A stretch of DNA of 64,000 nt from Acidimicrobiia bacterium (GCA_965215185.1 OZ244034.1:2464001-2528000); one strand, 5' to 3'. Positions 11,201-23,316 are shown, numbered from the stretch's first letter. Notes: a model not told the origin generated them from the letters alone. Numbers and translations: made by a program.

Positions 11201-14200
11201 ATGGCTAGAAAAGGGCCGAATGGCCCCATTCACCCGGTGCGGTTTGTAACCGCAACCACGTTGTTTGACGGACACGATGCCTCCATCAATGTCTTCCGAC
11301 GCATCCTGGCCTCCTCCGGGGCGGAGGTGATTCACCTGGGACACAACCGCTCGGCCCTGGACATCGTGGACACCGCTGTTCAGGAGGACGCCCAGGCCAT
11401 CGCGGTCACCTGCTACCAGGGCGGCCACATGGAGTTCTTCCGGTACCTCCATGAACTGGCCTCCGAGAGGGGCAATGGGCGGATTCGTGTTTTTGGCGGT
11501 GGGGGCGGGACCATTCTTCCCGAGGAGGGCCGTCAACTGCAAGCCGACGGCATCACCCGCATCTACTCACCTGACGACGGGCGGGGGCTGGGGCTGCAGG
11601 GGATGGTGAGCGACATGATCCGCAGGGCCGATTTCCCCACCGGAGAACTGGACCACTTCTCCCCCGACCACCTCGGGGTTTCTGACCACCAGATGCTGGC
11701 GACACTCATCTCGGCCGCCGAGAACTATCCCGACAAATACGCCGATGTCTTCGAGGAAATAGCCGCCTATTCCAGCAACCGCCCCGCGCGCCCGGTGGTG
11801 GGGGTAACCGGTACCGGCGGATCTGGCAAGTCTTCTTTGGTGGACGAACTGCTCCGCCGCTACCTCTCGGGTTTTCCTGATCACCAGGTGGCGGTGCTCT
11901 CGGTTGATCCTTCCCAGAGGAGAACGGGAGGCGCCCTGCTGGGAGATCGGATCCGCATGAACTGCATCCCCCATCCCCGGGTCTACATGCGTTCGTTAGC
12001 CACCCGACAAAGCGCCACCGCCCTACCCGAGGCGGCCCGAACGGCCCTCACCGTATTCCGGGCGGCGCAATTCAACCTGATCATCCTGGAGACGTCCGGA
12101 ATCGGCCAAGCCGACACCAGCGTGGTTGGTCTCTCAGACTTGTCCCTGTATGTGATGACGCCCGAATACGGGGCGGCCACGCAGCTGGAGAAGATCGGAA
12201 TGCTCGACTACGCGGATCTGGTGGCGGTGAACAAAGGAGACAAGCCAGGCGCGGAGGACGCCCTACGCGATGTCCGCCGCCAGGTGCGACGCAACCGGAT
12301 GGCCTTCCACGATCCCGACCCCATCCAGGATGTCTACCTGACCGTGGCCTCCGACTTCAACGATCCGGGCACGGACCAACTGTATGGGGCATTGATCGCC
12401 GCGCTGGGATACGAGGGGGGACCTTCCCAGCAGGTCGTTTCCAGAGGCGCCCGGCAGGCGGTCATACCCCCGGAACGCTCCGGTTACCTGGCACAGATCG
12501 CCGAGACCGTCCACCAATACAACCGGACGGTGGTGGAGCAGTCGTCGGTAGCCCGGCAACTGTATCAACTGGAGGGGGCCCATCGCCTGCTGGAGTCCGC
12601 TGACCCCGATGACCGGTCGTCACGCGCTCTCTCCGAAGCAATTCGTTCCACCGCCGGGCGCCTGGCGCCCGAGCACCGAGAAACACTGGACAGATGGGGC
12701 GAAATGGAAGCGTCCTACCGCGGAAGGGAATTCACCTACCAGGTGCGCGACCGGCAAATAACGGTTCCTCTGTCTTCGCAGAGCCTCAGCGGCACGGTCG
12801 TGCCCAAAGTCTCATTGCCCCGCTACCAAGATTGGGGAGACCGGCTAAGGTGGCTGCTGCAGGAGAACCTCCCCGGTCGTTTCCCATACACAGCCGGGGT
12901 ATATCCTTTCAAGCGCACCACCGAGGACCCCACCCGGATGTTCGCGGGGGAAGGACCCCCGGAGCAAACCAATGGCCGCTTCCACTATCTGGCCCGAGGC
13001 ACTCATTTACGGCGACTCTCCACGGCATTCGACTCGGTCACCCTCTATGGAGAAGATCCAGGGACCCGGCCCGACATCTACGGGAAGGTGGGCAATTCGG
13101 GAGTCTCCATCTCCACACTGGACGACATGAAGCGCCTCTATTCAGGTTTCGATCTGTGTGATCCCTCCACCTCGGTGTCGATGACCATCAACGGCCCCGC
13201 ACCCATGATTCTGGCGCTGTTTATGAACACCGCCATCGACCAGCAGTGCGAACTGCACATCCGCCGCCTGGGTATGACCGAGCAGGTGGAAAAACAGATC
13301 GCTCAAATGCATGTCGAACGTTCTCGTCCCCGCTACCGGGGAACCCTGCCGGAGGGCAACGACGGTTTGGGATTATTGTTGCTGGGAACCACCGGTGAAC
13401 AGGTGTTGGATCCGCCCGTCTACCAAAGCATCCGAGCCGAAGCCCTCACTCGGGTGAGAGGAACGGTGCAAGCTGACATTCTCAAAGAGGATCAGGCCCA
13501 GAACACCTGCATTTTCTCGATCGACTTCGCCCTCAAAATGATGGGAGACATCCAGCAGTTCTTCGTGGACAACCGGGTGCGCAACTTCTACTCGGTCTCG
13601 GTTTCGGGCTACCACATGGCAGAAGCGGGGGCCAATCCGATTACCCAACTGGCCTTCACCCTTGCCAATGGGTTCACCTATGTGGAGCACTACCTGGCGC
13701 GGGGGATGAGTATCGACGACTTTGCTCCCAATCTCTCCTTCTTCTTCTCCAACGGACTCGATCCCGAATATGCGGTGATAGGAAGGGTGGCCCGTCGCAT
13801 CTGGGCCAAAGTGATGCGGGACCGCTATGGCGCCAATCCCCGCTCTCAAATGCTCAAATACCACATCCAGACTTCGGGGCGATCCCTCCATGCCCAGGAG
13901 GTGGATTTCAACGACATCCGCACCACTTTGCAGGCGCTCTACGCCGTGTACGACAACTGCAATTCCCTGCACACCAACGCCTATGACGAAGCCCTGACCA
14001 CCCCCACCGAAGAATCGGTGCGACGGGCGGTGGCCATTCAATTGATCGTCAACCGGGAACTGGGCCTGGCCAAGAACGAAAATCCCCTCCAAGGGTCTTT
14101 CGTCATCGAAGATCTAACCGATTTGGTGGAGGAGGCGGTGCTGACCGAATTCGCTCGGCTGAACCGCAGCGGTGGCGTACTGGGGGCCATGGAGCGACAG

Positions 14201-14557
14201 TACCAGCGCTCCAAAATCCAGGAAGAGTCCCTTCTCTACGAACGGGTCAAGGAATCGGGCGAATACCCCATCATTGGAGTCAACACGTTTTTGTCCCACG
14301 CCGGGTCTCCCTTTGTCACTCCCGATCGGTTGGTGCGCTCCAACGATCAGGAAAAGAACCGGCGAATAGCCGAGGTCGAAGATTTCCAGGCCCTCCACTC
14401 CGAACGCGCCGGGCCCGCCTTGGCGCGTCTGGGCTCAGCAGCGCAAGCGGGAGGCAACGTATTTGCGATGCTCATGGAGACCGCCAAGGTCGCCTCGCTT
14501 GGGCAGATGAGCAGCACCCTCTATGAGGTGGGCGGACGCTACCGACGGAGCATGTGA
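11201..14557 (+). CDS. icmF: Fused isobutyryl-CoA mutase / GTPase chaperone
   Basis: B12-binding FDGHDASIN, MeaB-type GTGGSGKSS, mutase barrel ([20 protein letters not shown]). Confidence 0.92.
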   Translation: MARKGPNGPIHPVRFVTATTLFDGHDASINVFRRILASSGAEVIHLGHNRSALDIVDTAVQEDAQAIAVTCYQGGHMEFFRYLHELASERGNGRIRVFGGGGGTILPEEGRQLQADGITRIYSPDDGRGLGLQGMVSDMIRRADFPTGELDHFSPDHLGVSDHQMLATLISAAENYPDKYADVFEEIAAYSSNRPARPVVGVTGTGGSGKSSLVDELLRRYLSGFPDHQVAVLSVDPSQRRTGGALLGDRIRMNCIPHPRVYMRSLATRQSATALPEAARTALTVFRAAQFNLIILETSGIGQADTSVVGLSDLSLYVMTPEYGAATQLEKIGMLDYADLVAVNKGDKPGAEDALRDVRRQVRRNRMAFHDPDPIQDVYLTVASDFNDPGTDQLYGALIAALGYEGGPSQQVVSRGARQAVIPPERSGYLAQIAETVHQYNRTVVEQSSVARQLYQLEGAHRLLESADPDDRSSRALSEAIRSTAGRLAPEHRETLDRWGEMEASYRGREFTYQVRDRQITVPLSSQSLSGTVVPKVSLPRYQDWGDRLRWLLQENLPGRFPYTAGVYPFKRTTEDPTRMFAGEGPPEQTNGRFHYLARGTHLRRLSTAFDSVTLYGEDPGTRPDIYGKVGNSGVSISTLDDMKRLYSGFDLCDPSTSVSMTINGPAPMILALFMNTAIDQQCELHIRRLGMTEQVEKQIAQMHVERSRPRYRGTLPEGNDGLGLLLLGTTGEQVLDPPVYQSIRAEALTRVRGTVQADILKEDQAQNTCIFSIDFALKMMGDIQQFFVDNRVRNFYSVSVSGYHMAEAGANPITQLAFTLANGFTYVEHYLARGMSIDDFAPNLSFFFSNGLDPEYAVIGRVARRIWAKVMRDRYGANPRSQMLKYHIQTSGRSLHAQEVDFNDIRTTLQALYAVYDNCNSLHTNAYDEALTTPTEESVRRAVAIQLIVNRELGLAKNENPLQGSFVIEDLTDLVEEAVLTEFARLNRSGGVLGAMERQYQRSKIQEESLLYERVKESGEYPIIGVNTFLSHAGSPFVTPDRLVRSNDQEKNRRIAEVEDFQALHSERAGPALARLGSAAQAGGNVFAMLMETAKVASLGQMSSTLYEVGGRYRRSM

Positions 14558-15306
14558 ACAAAATGCAGCCCACAGACCAATCCACCCCTCAGGAAAGAGA
14601 CCAAATCCCCCCCTACCGGCCTCACTTGGGCCAGCGGCGTCCCTACCTGCGGGACATGATCCTGGGACTCAATGACGGGCTGGTCTCGATTTTCCTGCTG
14701 GTGGCGGGGCTGGTGGGAGGCCAACTCGACTCCTCGGAGGTGCTGCTGGGTGGGGTGGTGGGAGCGCTGGCGGGGGGCGTCTCCATGGCTTTGGGGGAAT
14801 ACTTGGCCACCAAGTCCCAGGACGAAGTGGGGCAGGCCGAGTTGTCATTGGAGCGCGAACACATCCGGTTCTACCGGGAAAGGGAGACCGCGCAGCTCTA
14901 CGACCTGTTGGGGCAGTTCGGAATCGAGGGAGAGGACCTCACCGAAGCAGTGCGCATCTTCTCCGCGGATGACCGCCGTCTCCTGAAGGCTATGGCGGTG
15001 CTTGAATTTGGGGTGGTCGAATCAGAACGGCGCTCGCCTTATCAGGCGGGGTGGATGTCGGGAGGGATGTTCCTGGTCGGCTCTTTCCTGCCGATATCTC
15101 CCTTCCTCTTTTCCCTGACTTCGCATACCAGCCTGATCTGGTCGGTCGTATTGACATTCGTCGGCCTGTTCGGGGTGGGATGGACCAAGACCCGGCTCAC
15201 CAACAACCCCGGTATCCGCTCGGGGATGGAAAACATGCTGATTGCCGGCGCGGGAGCGGTAATAGCCTGGTGGGTGGGTCGCCTCTTGGGCTTCGGCCTT
15301 TCCTGA
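14554..15306 (+). CDS. VIT1/CCC1 family metal transporter
   Basis: [17 protein letters not shown]. Confidence 0.9.
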   Translation: MNKMQPTDQSTPQERDQIPPYRPHLGQRRPYLRDMILGLNDGLVSIFLLVAGLVGGQLDSSEVLLGGVVGALAGGVSMALGEYLATKSQDEVGQAELSLEREHIRFYRERETAQLYDLLGQFGIEGEDLTEAVRIFSADDRRLLKAMAVLEFGVVESERRSPYQAGWMSGGMFLVGSFLPISPFLFSLTSHTSLIWSVVLTFVGLFGVGWTKTRLTNNPGIRSGMENMLIAGAGAVIAWWVGRLLGFGLS

Positions 15307-15331
15307 CCGGCCCTTGGTGTCCGGGAGGAAT

Positions 15332-15736
15332 TTAGTCTCCGACCGAAGAATCCTGGCCTGCCGCCTGCCGGATCCACATCTTCACGTTCCGGGGGCTGGG
15401 GAGCCGTTTGACTATCCGATGCATGTGATTGGCGCTGTGAAGCGCCAGCATCACCACTTCGGTCGAACTATTCCCAAGTTGCGCCGGAGTGTGAATACCC
15501 GCCGCCCTCAGCAGGGCGCAGTATCTGCCGCCCATCCCTTCCAGCTGCAGAAGCTCGATGGACCTTGCTACGTCCACCAATGTTTCATAATTGATACCGG
15601 TTTCCTCAGAAAGCATCCGGAGGCGATCCGTGTCCAGGGTTAATGCCAGCAACGCCTCGGCCGTTTTGATTCCCGCTTTGCGCAGCCGTGTGGCCGAGAT
15701 GTGGTCAATCCCTGCAATATGCCCGATGGTGGTCAC
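15332..15736 (-). CDS. DUF4332-like helix-hairpin-helix protein
   Basis: IAGI...LRKAGI and LEGMG...LLRAAGI repeats, RLPS...W. Confidence 0.75.
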   Translation of the reverse strand: MTTIGHIAGIDHISATRLRKAGIKTAEALLALTLDTDRLRMLSEETGINYETLVDVARSIELLQLEGMGGRYCALLRAAGIHTPAQLGNSSTEVVMLALHSANHMHRIVKRLPSPRNVKMWIRQAAGQDSSVGD

Positions 15737-16389
15737 AATCCCGCCGGCCTCCCTTTACTCTCCGGTGGTCCATCCCCCTGGGAGTCGCCCGCTTCCTGCC
15801 TCTGGCCGCGGGGTCTCAATCTATCGATATCCTGTTGGTTATCCACGTCCTCGGGGGGAAATCCCGGTTGCCACACTTCGGTAACCCACTCGGGATGCGC
15901 CTTGAAGAGGTCCATGGCGCCCCGGTCCCCATCCAGCATCATCAGGCGGCGCCACAACACTTTATCAACCAGAACCGGATTGGAATTCACATAGCGGTAC
16001 CTGGGAACCAAAACCGGGGTCACACCCGGCTGGTAAGCCTCCCGCAACTGGGCCGCGGTGGCGGGTGTCACGCCCGGTTGGTCCCCCAGCAGGATCAAGG
16101 CGCCCGACGCTCTTGAGCCCCGCTCCAAGGCGTTCAATCCCACGCCCAAGGAGCCCCCCATACCTGTTTCCCACTCTTGGTTGACAACCACCCGGCACCC
16201 CGAAAAATCCACCTCCGCCAATATCCGCTCATGCTCGGCGCCCAACACCACCCACGTCTCCTCCGATTCAAAACCCAAAGCCGCCTCCAAAACGGTTCCC
16301 AGCAAGGTTGACTCTCCCCACGGTTCCAATTGCTTAGGGCGCCCGAGCCGGGAGGAACTGCCCGCCGCCAGGACCAGATTGGCGATCAT
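15733..16389 (-). CDS. Molybdenum cofactor cytidylyltransferase (MocA-like)
   Basis: LAAGSSSRLGRPKQL, LGDQP, GDRGA; XdhC context. Confidence 0.85.
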   Translation of the reverse strand: MIANLVLAAGSSSRLGRPKQLEPWGESTLLGTVLEAALGFESEETWVVLGAEHERILAEVDFSGCRVVVNQEWETGMGGSLGVGLNALERGSRASGALILLGDQPGVTPATAAQLREAYQPGVTPVLVPRYRYVNSNPVLVDKVLWRRLMMLDGDRGAMDLFKAHPEWVTEVWQPGFPPEDVDNQQDIDRLRPRGQRQEAGDSQGDGPPESKGRPAGL

Positions 16390-17186
16390 GAGCTGTTTTG
16401 TCTCGAGGGTCGGCGGGGTTGCCCGATCAACTCAAAGGGCGCCTGGGCCTGCCTTCGCGCGGAGATCATCTCGCCCAGAATGGCCACGGCCACCTCGGCT
16501 GGCGAGTCCGCCCCTATTCCGATTCCGATCGGGCCTCTGATGCGGGCAATCTCCTCCTCTGAATACCCCGCCTCGGCGAGCCGCTCCCGCCGGGCTGCGG
16601 CAGTGCGTCGGCTACCCATCGCCCCTATGTACCGCACCGGCGCTCTGAGGACCAATGGCCAAAGCGGGGCCTCGAAGCGGGCATCGTGACTGAGCACCAC
16701 CACATAGCTGCGATGATCGAATGACAGGCGATCGGAGATTTCATCCGGCCAACCCACCAACAGTTGATGGGCGGATGGAAAACGTTCGGAAGTCGCAAAC
16801 GCGGGCCGGGCGTCGGAAACGGTGATATCGAAATCAAGGTGCTGCCCCAGGGCGCACAACGCCTGGGCGATGTGGACCGCCCCGAAGATGATGAGATGAG
16901 GGCGGGGCACAATCACGTCCACGAACACGTCCTGTCCGTCATAGGAAACTGCCATGGACTTCTCCCGGTTCATCAATGTACGGGCATCGGCCACCACCGA
17001 TCCGGCTATTGCGTCGGGGATCGCTCCGGCCACCACCCCCTTTTCGAAATCGATGGTCGCCGAATCGCCGGCACCCGGTCCCTCCACCACGGTGACCCGC
17101 GCCCCCAGCCGTCGCCCGGCAATCAACTGGGAGCAGGCCACCAGCACCTCTTCGGTTTTCATGGAACCAAAACTAATCAAGTCCAT
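16386..17186 (-). CDS. XdhC/CoxI family protein, C-terminal Rossmann part
   Basis: IFGAVHIA, YIGAMGSRRT, PIGIGIGADSPAEVAVAI. Confidence 0.88.
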   Translation of the reverse strand: MDLISFGSMKTEEVLVACSQLIAGRRLGARVTVVEGPGAGDSATIDFEKGVVAGAIPDAIAGSVVADARTLMNREKSMAVSYDGQDVFVDVIVPRPHLIIFGAVHIAQALCALGQHLDFDITVSDARPAFATSERFPSAHQLLVGWPDEISDRLSFDHRSYVVVLSHDARFEAPLWPLVLRAPVRYIGAMGSRRTAAARRERLAEAGYSEEEIARIRGPIGIGIGADSPAEVAVAILGEMISARRQAQAPFELIGQPRRPSRQNSS

Positions 17187-17239
17187 TTACAAAAAATAAA
17201 TGGACGGGCTACCGGCCCAGCCCGTCGTTTGAAACTGTT

Positions 17240-17548
17240 TCACCACGGTTCGATGAATACCTGGATCGTGCCTCCGCAGGACAGCCCCACTGTGAAGGCG
17301 TCCTCGTCGCTGATCCCGTAGGTCACCAAGCGAGGACGACCCTCTGCCATGACTCTGCGGGCGTGCTCGTAGACATCGTTTTCGACGCAGCCCCCGGACA
17401 CGGACCCAGCCATGTTTCCTTCTGAAGAAACCAGGAATTTGGATCCGACCGGACGCGGGGAAGGACCGGCGGTGGCCACCACCGTGGCTACCACCACTTG
17501 CTTTCCTTCCGCCAGCCAGCGATCCCTGGTTTCCAATGCCTCTTGCAT
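17240..17548 (-). CDS. XdhC/CoxI family protein, N-terminal part
   Basis: [21 protein letters not shown]. Confidence 0.88.
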   Translation of the reverse strand: MQEALETRDRWLAEGKQVVVATVVATAGPSPRPVGSKFLVSSEGNMAGSVSGGCVENDVYEHARRVMAEGRPRLVTYGISDEDAFTVGLSCGGTIQVFIEPW

Positions 17549-18666
17549 TATCTCCTCCGCTCCGGCAATGATTCCAAGAGTGATACCAGCGTAGCAAGAT
17601 CGGATAGCCTGCCTCCTGCCAGAAAATCGTCAACATGAGGCAAGGCGGCCTTCATACCTTGAGTTTCGGGGGAAAAGCCTTGGCGAGAGGCCAAAGGATT
17701 GACCCAGATCAACCGGTGAACGGTCCGGCGCAGGCGTGCCATCTCCCTGGACAGCACCTCCGGATCTCCGCGATCCCATCCGTCGGAAATGATCAGGGCA
17801 ACCGGTCCGCCCCTGGTGACCCGCCTGCTCCACTCATAATTGAAGGTCCGCAGACACTCTCCTATCCTGGTTCCCCCCGACCAATCTTCCACCGACTGGG
17901 AGACCTGAGCAAGAGCCTCGGTGGGGTTGCGACGCAACAACTGGCGAGTGATCCGGGTCAGGCGGGTGGAGAACACGAAGGTCTCCATCTTCCCCAAGCG
18001 AGCGCGCGCCGCGTGCGCGAAATACAGCAGCATCTCCGTGTAGCGCTCCATGGAACCTGACACGTCGGCGATGAACAGAATCGGGCGAGGCCGGGTCCGG
18101 CGCTCGCTTCGCTCCAATTTGATCAGGTCCCCCTCCGGCCCCACGCACTTGCGCAGGGTACGCCGCAGGTCGGGACGGTCTCCCTTCGGAGAAGGACGCC
18201 GCCGCCGACTCCTAACCGGAGCCGGGCGCCAGACCATCTGCGTCAAGAGAATGCGCACCTTGGCCTGCTCGTCCTTGCTCAACTCTGAAAAATCCTTCTG
18301 GGACAGCCGCTCCGCCCAAGACGCGCCGGTGAAGGTCTCCATCTCGGGTCCGGCCGCCTCCCCGTCCCCCTCTGCTCCTCTTTGAATCCCCTTAATTGTC
18401 CACAAACGGGGCTTGGGCGGTGACGCCATGGCAATTCCGCTCGTTAGGTTGCGGCCGAAGAACCTCACAAACACCCGGTCGAAGGTAGTTAACTGCCACG
18501 GCGAGGTCACCGTCAGGCAACGAAACGCGGCGTACACGTCGGCGGCGGAGGCCAGTCCCACCTTATCCACAGCCGCCATCAGATCGGCGGCGGTGGTCGT
18601 TCCCACAGACAGCCCCTCGGAACGCAACTCCCGCGTGAATTCCACTAAGGTCTGAACGCCGGCCAT
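17548..18666 (-). CDS. coxE: CoxE-like VWA domain protein
   Basis: [25 protein letters not shown]. Confidence 0.85.
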   Translation of the reverse strand: MAGVQTLVEFTRELRSEGLSVGTTTAADLMAAVDKVGLASAADVYAAFRCLTVTSPWQLTTFDRVFVRFFGRNLTSGIAMASPPKPRLWTIKGIQRGAEGDGEAAGPEMETFTGASWAERLSQKDFSELSKDEQAKVRILLTQMVWRPAPVRSRRRRPSPKGDRPDLRRTLRKCVGPEGDLIKLERSERRTRPRPILFIADVSGSMERYTEMLLYFAHAARARLGKMETFVFSTRLTRITRQLLRRNPTEALAQVSQSVEDWSGGTRIGECLRTFNYEWSRRVTRGGPVALIISDGWDRGDPEVLSREMARLRRTVHRLIWVNPLASRQGFSPETQGMKAALPHVDDFLAGGRLSDLATLVSLLESLPERRR

Positions 18667-18673
18667 GGTCGAT

Positions 18674-19564
18674 TCAACCGCCTGCTTTTGCCAGACTATC
18701 CACTCCCCGGTGGGTAACGGCCTCTACGTCTTCGCGGTATTTGAGAACCACCCCCAGCGTGTCCTGCACCGCCTGGGGAGTCAATTCGTTGGCGCCCAGC
18801 ACTCCCAGCGCCCGCGCCCAGTCCAATGTCTCGGCCACCCCGGGGGGCTTGAAGAGCTCCAAGGACCGCAGGTCGGACATCGCCTCTGCCAGTTGGCGCG
18901 CCAGTCGCAGGTCGATATCGGGCACCTTCGCCCTCACGATCGCCACCTCCCGATCCAGGTCGGGAAAGTCCAACCAGTGATACACACACCTTCTCTTCAA
19001 GGCGTCGTGAATCTCCCGTGTACGGTTGGAGGTGATCACCACCACCGGAGGCACCGCGGCCCGCACCACCCCTATCTCGGGGATGGTTATCTGAAAATCG
19101 GATAGTACCTCCAACAAGAACGCCTCGAACTCTTCATCAGCCCGATCCAGTTCGTCGATCAACAGCACGGGGGGCTTTCCTTCCGATGACGAGAATTCCA
19201 CCGCTTGGAGAAGCGGACGCGCCAGCAGGTACTCGCGGTTCATGATGTTCCCCATCGACACCTGGTTTCCGTCACGACCCGCCTCGATGAGGCGGATAGC
19301 CAACATCTGCCGGGCGTAGTCCCACTCATACAGGGCATGATTGGCGTCCAGTCCTTCATAGCACTGCAATCTGATGAGTTCCGTGTCCAACACCTGGGCC
19401 AACACTTTGGCTACCTCAGTCTTGCCCACTCCCGCCTCCCCCTCCAAGAACAGGGGACGACCGAGGCTATGAGCCAGATGGATAGCCACCGCCAGGGAAC
19501 GGTCGGCCAGATATCGGCGCTCGGCAAAGGCGGCAGTTACTGCATCGACCGAATTGGGTGTCAC
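18674..19564 (-). CDS. coxD: CoxD-like MoxR AAA+ ATPase
   Basis: LEGEAGVGKT, RLQCYEG, IDELDRADEEFEA, DALKRRC. Confidence 0.85.
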   Translation of the reverse strand: MTPNSVDAVTAAFAERRYLADRSLAVAIHLAHSLGRPLFLEGEAGVGKTEVAKVLAQVLDTELIRLQCYEGLDANHALYEWDYARQMLAIRLIEAGRDGNQVSMGNIMNREYLLARPLLQAVEFSSSEGKPPVLLIDELDRADEEFEAFLLEVLSDFQITIPEIGVVRAAVPPVVVITSNRTREIHDALKRRCVYHWLDFPDLDREVAIVRAKVPDIDLRLARQLAEAMSDLRSLELFKPPGVAETLDWARALGVLGANELTPQAVQDTLGVVLKYREDVEAVTHRGVDSLAKAGG

Positions 19565-19581
19565 CCTTGTAAACCTTACTT

Positions 19582-19626
19582 AAAAAAAGTGGGGTCCGAG
19601 CCGCTTGGCCCGGACCCCCACTTTTC
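19582..19626 (-). terminator. Rho-independent terminator downstream of the amino-acid binding protein gene
   Basis: aaaagtggggtccg...cggacccccactttt hairpin followed by a T-run on the - strand. Confidence 0.75.
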
Positions 19627-19643
19627 AGTAGTTGTCGGTTGAT

Positions 19644-20717
19644 TTAGCGAGCGGGTGGAGGATACAGGAGGCCTCCGTCGCCGTACAGAGCGTTCAGCCC
19701 GCGCTCCAAGCCCAATGGCGTCAGGTGCCGGTCGTAAACCTCGGCATAGTTGCCGACCTGCTTGATCACCTGATAGAAGGCGTCGACAGGCAGGCCCATC
19801 TTGGTCTGAAGCTCGTCCTCGGTGGCGCCAAAGAGTCGACTGGCCTCTCCATCCACATTCATCATGTCATCAATGTTGGAAGAGTTAATGCCCTTCTCCT
19901 CGGCGATCAACTGGGCGAAAACGGTCCAGGCAACCACATCGCCGAAGCGGGACTGGTTCTGGATCCAGCTTGGACCGAGGGGCTCCTTGGAGATGGGAAC
20001 CGATGGGAAGATCACCCAGTCCTCACCTGCGTCGCCCTCGGTGGCCTTGCGGGAGACCAATGTCGACCCGTCGCTGGTCACCACGTCACAGGCGCCGGAC
20101 TTGAAGCCCTCGACCACCACATTGAAATCCTCAAAGGTGCTCAACGAGATGTTGACTCCCGCCGCAGCGGCAGCCTCGGTCATGTTCTTCTCGGTGGTGG
20201 TGCCGGCGATGGCGCACACCGTAGCGCCCTCGATCTCATCCAAAGAAGACATCGAATTGAACCCGGCGGCTCCCTTGGCCATCAACTGCTGGCCGTCGTA
20301 GTAGGTGGTGGGTCCAAAGTCGAGACCCAAGTCGGTGTCTCGACTCTGCGTCCAAGTGGTATTTCGGACCAGAAGGTCAACCAACCCCGAGGTGAGCGCC
20401 TCAAAGCGGGCGGCGGCGGTTAGAGCTTCGAAGCGCACCGCTTGGGCATCTCCGACGATGGCAGCAGCCACAGCTCGGCACAGATCCACGTCAAAGCCTA
20501 TGAACGTGCCCGAGGAGTCCTTGTAGCCAAATCCGGGGATCGTCTCGTTTACTCCGCAGTTCAACTCACCGCGGGCGATCACCGTATCAAGAACATCCGT
20601 TTCAGCAGGGGCCTGGGTGGTGGTGGGGGCAGCCGTAGTCGTAGTCTCTTCGGCGTCTCCGCCGCAGGCAGCCACGATCAGGGCCAAAGCCACCAGGGCA
20701 ATTATTGTTTTTCTCAT
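19644..20717 (-). CDS. General L-amino acid ABC substrate-binding lipoprotein (AapJ/BztA-like)
   Basis: GFDVDLCRAVAAA, RNTTWT, YYDGQ, SKEPLGP, VGNYAE. Confidence 0.9.
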   Translation of the reverse strand: MRKTIIALVALALIVAACGGDAEETTTTAAPTTTQAPAETDVLDTVIARGELNCGVNETIPGFGYKDSSGTFIGFDVDLCRAVAAAIVGDAQAVRFEALTAAARFEALTSGLVDLLVRNTTWTQSRDTDLGLDFGPTTYYDGQQLMAKGAAGFNSMSSLDEIEGATVCAIAGTTTEKNMTEAAAAAGVNISLSTFEDFNVVVEGFKSGACDVVTSDGSTLVSRKATEGDAGEDWVIFPSVPISKEPLGPSWIQNQSRFGDVVAWTVFAQLIAEEKGINSSNIDDMMNVDGEASRLFGATEDELQTKMGLPVDAFYQVIKQVGNYAEVYDRHLTPLGLERGLNALYGDGGLLYPPPAR

Positions 20718-20904
20718 TCCTCCTCCTTTGTAGCCATCTTAAAGCAAGCGCTCCAGATCACTGGTAAGGGTTCCTTCATACGACGAAAATTTTTCGTTTT
20801 ACAAACAGTCTAACTACAAAGCCTCCTGCGTTTGTTCACCACAGCGAACCTACATCTGCGGCCGAGTACCCATAAAGTCTTGGCGAAACTGGTTTGCTAA
20901 TATT

Positions 20905-22281
20905 TTACCGGGCGGTTTTTGCCGGGCGGTTGTTGGGCCCTCCACTGCTGGATCCGAACCTGAATAGGAAGTACCCCAGCAAGCCGGCCAACGCTGACCC
21001 CGCCAAAATGCCAAGCTTGGCTTGATCTACCAAGGCTGGGTCAACGAATGCCAGGCTGGACACAAAGATTGCCACGGTAAAGCCGATCCCAGCCACCGCG
21101 GCCAACGCCACAACATCCCGCCCTCCCATTCCCTCGGGCAGCAATCCCCATCCCAGTTTCACCACCAGCCAGGTGCAGAGGCTGATTCCCACAACTTTTC
21201 CCACCAACAAACCCAATGCCGTCCCCATTGCCACCGGCTTGAACAACTGACCGACGTCTCCTTCCAAGCGAACGCCCGCATTGGCCAGAGCAAAGATAGG
21301 AAGAACCAGGAAAGAACTCCAGGCAAGAAGTCGATGCTCATTCCTGGCCAGTGGCGCCACCGACTCCCGAGCCACCTCGGCAAGGGTGAGTATTTGATGA
21401 TCGGCTTCTTCCCGCTGGTGATAAGTGACGATGTGGCGGGGGAACGAGTTGAGGAGCGTTCCTGCCTTGTCGTAGAGTTGCTCCGCCGAATACATTGGCC
21501 GAGACGGAGTAATGAAGGCCAAGGCCACTCCCACCAAGGTCGGATGCACCCCCGATTCATGGACGCAAAACCAGGCCACCAAAGCCATGGGAACATAGAA
21601 TGTGCGCGCCCGGATTCCAACCCGGCCCGCCACCCCCACTACCACCAGAGTAAGGATTCCCCAAGTCAACCAATTCCACTGCAGGCTCCCCGAATAAAAG
21701 AACGCGATAATAACAATCGCTCCCACATCGTCGGCGATGGCCAGCGCCAGCAGGAATAGTTTGGCGCCCGGAGCGACGCGGCTCCCCAAAAGGGAGAGCA
21801 CACCCAGGGAGAAGGCGATGTCGGTGGCCGTGGGGACCGCCCAGCCGTTGATAGCCTCGCCGCCCTCTCCCATCACTATCACCACGTAGACCAGGGCCGG
21901 CGCCAGCATCCCTCCAACCGCCGCCGCCACAGGAAGGCCCGCGGCGCGCGGATCCCTAAGTCTACCCAGCACCAGCTCGCGCTTTATCTCCAAACCCACC
22001 ACGAAGAAGAAGAGGGCCATCAGCGCATCGTTGACTAAGACTTGCAGCGACCCCGAAACATGCACGGGACCCACCGACACCTCCACATGGGTACCCCAGA
22101 GAGCGAAATAGCCTCCCGACCACCGCGAGTTGGCCCACACCATCGCCGCCGCCGCCATTAAAAGCAACACCGCCCCGGTGGAGGCTTCGATGTTCATGAA
22201 TTTCTGGATGGGGCGAACGAAGCGGCGGGGAACGAAGCGGTTGGAATCGATCCAGGTTTCGTGAAGAGGTTCTCTGAGCAT
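20905..22281 (-). CDS. nhaA: Na+/H+ antiporter NhaA
   Basis: VNDALMALFFFVVGLEIKRE, ATDIAF, LAIADD, GIGFT. Confidence 0.95.
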   Translation of the reverse strand: MLREPLHETWIDSNRFVPRRFVRPIQKFMNIEASTGAVLLLMAAAAMVWANSRWSGGYFALWGTHVEVSVGPVHVSGSLQVLVNDALMALFFFVVGLEIKRELVLGRLRDPRAAGLPVAAAVGGMLAPALVYVVIVMGEGGEAINGWAVPTATDIAFSLGVLSLLGSRVAPGAKLFLLALAIADDVGAIVIIAFFYSGSLQWNWLTWGILTLVVVGVAGRVGIRARTFYVPMALVAWFCVHESGVHPTLVGVALAFITPSRPMYSAEQLYDKAGTLLNSFPRHIVTYHQREEADHQILTLAEVARESVAPLARNEHRLLAWSSFLVLPIFALANAGVRLEGDVGQLFKPVAMGTALGLLVGKVVGISLCTWLVVKLGWGLLPEGMGGRDVVALAAVAGIGFTVAIFVSSLAFVDPALVDQAKLGILAGSALAGLLGYFLFRFGSSSGGPNNRPAKTAR

Positions 22282-22290
22282 GAAGACCTT

Positions 22291-23316
22291 TCAACTCTGA
22301 ATGGAGCGCCCCGCAGACCCCAACTCCGCACAGGCCCTCACAACCCGATCCGACATGGCTTGTTGCGCTTTGGCCATGTAAGAGCGGGGATCGTACACCT
22401 TTTTATTGCCCACCTCCCCATCCACTTTCAAAACTCCAAAATAGTTGGTGAACATGTGGTCGGCTACCGACCGCGTCAGCGCGTACTGCGTGTCGGTATC
22501 TATGTTCATCTTCACCACCCCATAGCCCACTGTCTCCCGTATCGCTTCAAGAGTCGATCCGCTTCCTCCGTGGAAGACCAGGTAATGGCGATACCCAAAA
22601 CGCTCTTCGGTGGCCCTCTGCCCGTCTCGCAAAATGGTGGGCCGAAGCTGCACCTTACCGGGCTTGTACACCCCGTGTACATTCCCGAAGACCGCCGCCA
22701 GGAGATAGTGGCCCCGCTCCCCAACCCCCAGCCGCTCGGTCACCGCCATCATGTCCTCGGATGTGGTGTAGAGCTTGGCGCTCTCCACCCCGGAATGGTC
22801 CATGGTGTCCTCCACTCCCCCCACAATTCCGATCTCCAACTCCAACAGCACTTCCTGCGAAGCGCACTCGTCCAAGAGTTGGGAGGCCAGAGCCAGATTC
22901 TCCTCCAACGGCAACGCAGAGGCATCCAGCATGTGGCTTTGGTAGAGAGGTCCCATGCCCTTTGCCCGCCGCCGGGCAGTTTCGGCCAAGAGCGGCCGGA
23001 TCAGGTCGTCCACCCGGTTGGGTGGGCAGTGATCGGTGTGCAGAGCGATCAGCATCGGGTACCGGGCCGCCACAACATGGGCGAATTCCGCCAGCGCCTG
23101 CGCCCCCAGCGCCATGTCGTTCACTTTGCCCCCGGAGAGGAACGAGCCCCCGCCGGTGGACACCTGGATAATCCCATCCGAGCCCGCCTCCGCGAACCCC
23201 GCCAACGCGGCGTTGAGCGTGTCGCTGGATGTGACGTTAATAGCGGGAAAGGCATATCCTCCCGACCGGGCCGCATCCAGCATTTCAAGATACTGGGCAG
23301 GTCTAGCGATCGGCAT
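22291..23316 (-). CDS. fbaA: Class II fructose-bisphosphate aldolase
   Basis: HTDHC, GNVHGVYKPG, FHGGSGS, KMNIDTDTQ. Confidence 0.95.
   Translation of the reverse strand: MPIARPAQYLEMLDAARSGGYAFPAINVTSSDTLNAALAGFAEAGSDGIIQVSTGGGSFLSGGKVNDMALGAQALAEFAHVVAARYPMLIALHTDHCPPNRVDDLIRPLLAETARRRAKGMGPLYQSHMLDASALPLEENLALASQLLDECASQEVLLELEIGIVGGVEDTMDHSGVESAKLYTTSEDMMAVTERLGVGERGHYLLAAVFGNVHGVYKPGKVQLRPTILRDGQRATEERFGYRHYLVFHGGSGSTLEAIRETVGYGVVKMNIDTDTQYALTRSVADHMFTNYFGVLKVDGEVGNKKVYDPRSYMAKAQQAMSDRVVRACAELGSAGRSIQS

Noticed and set aside
11201-14557. Mutase-GTPase fusion as a novelty
   Set aside because: This is the well-described IcmF architecture
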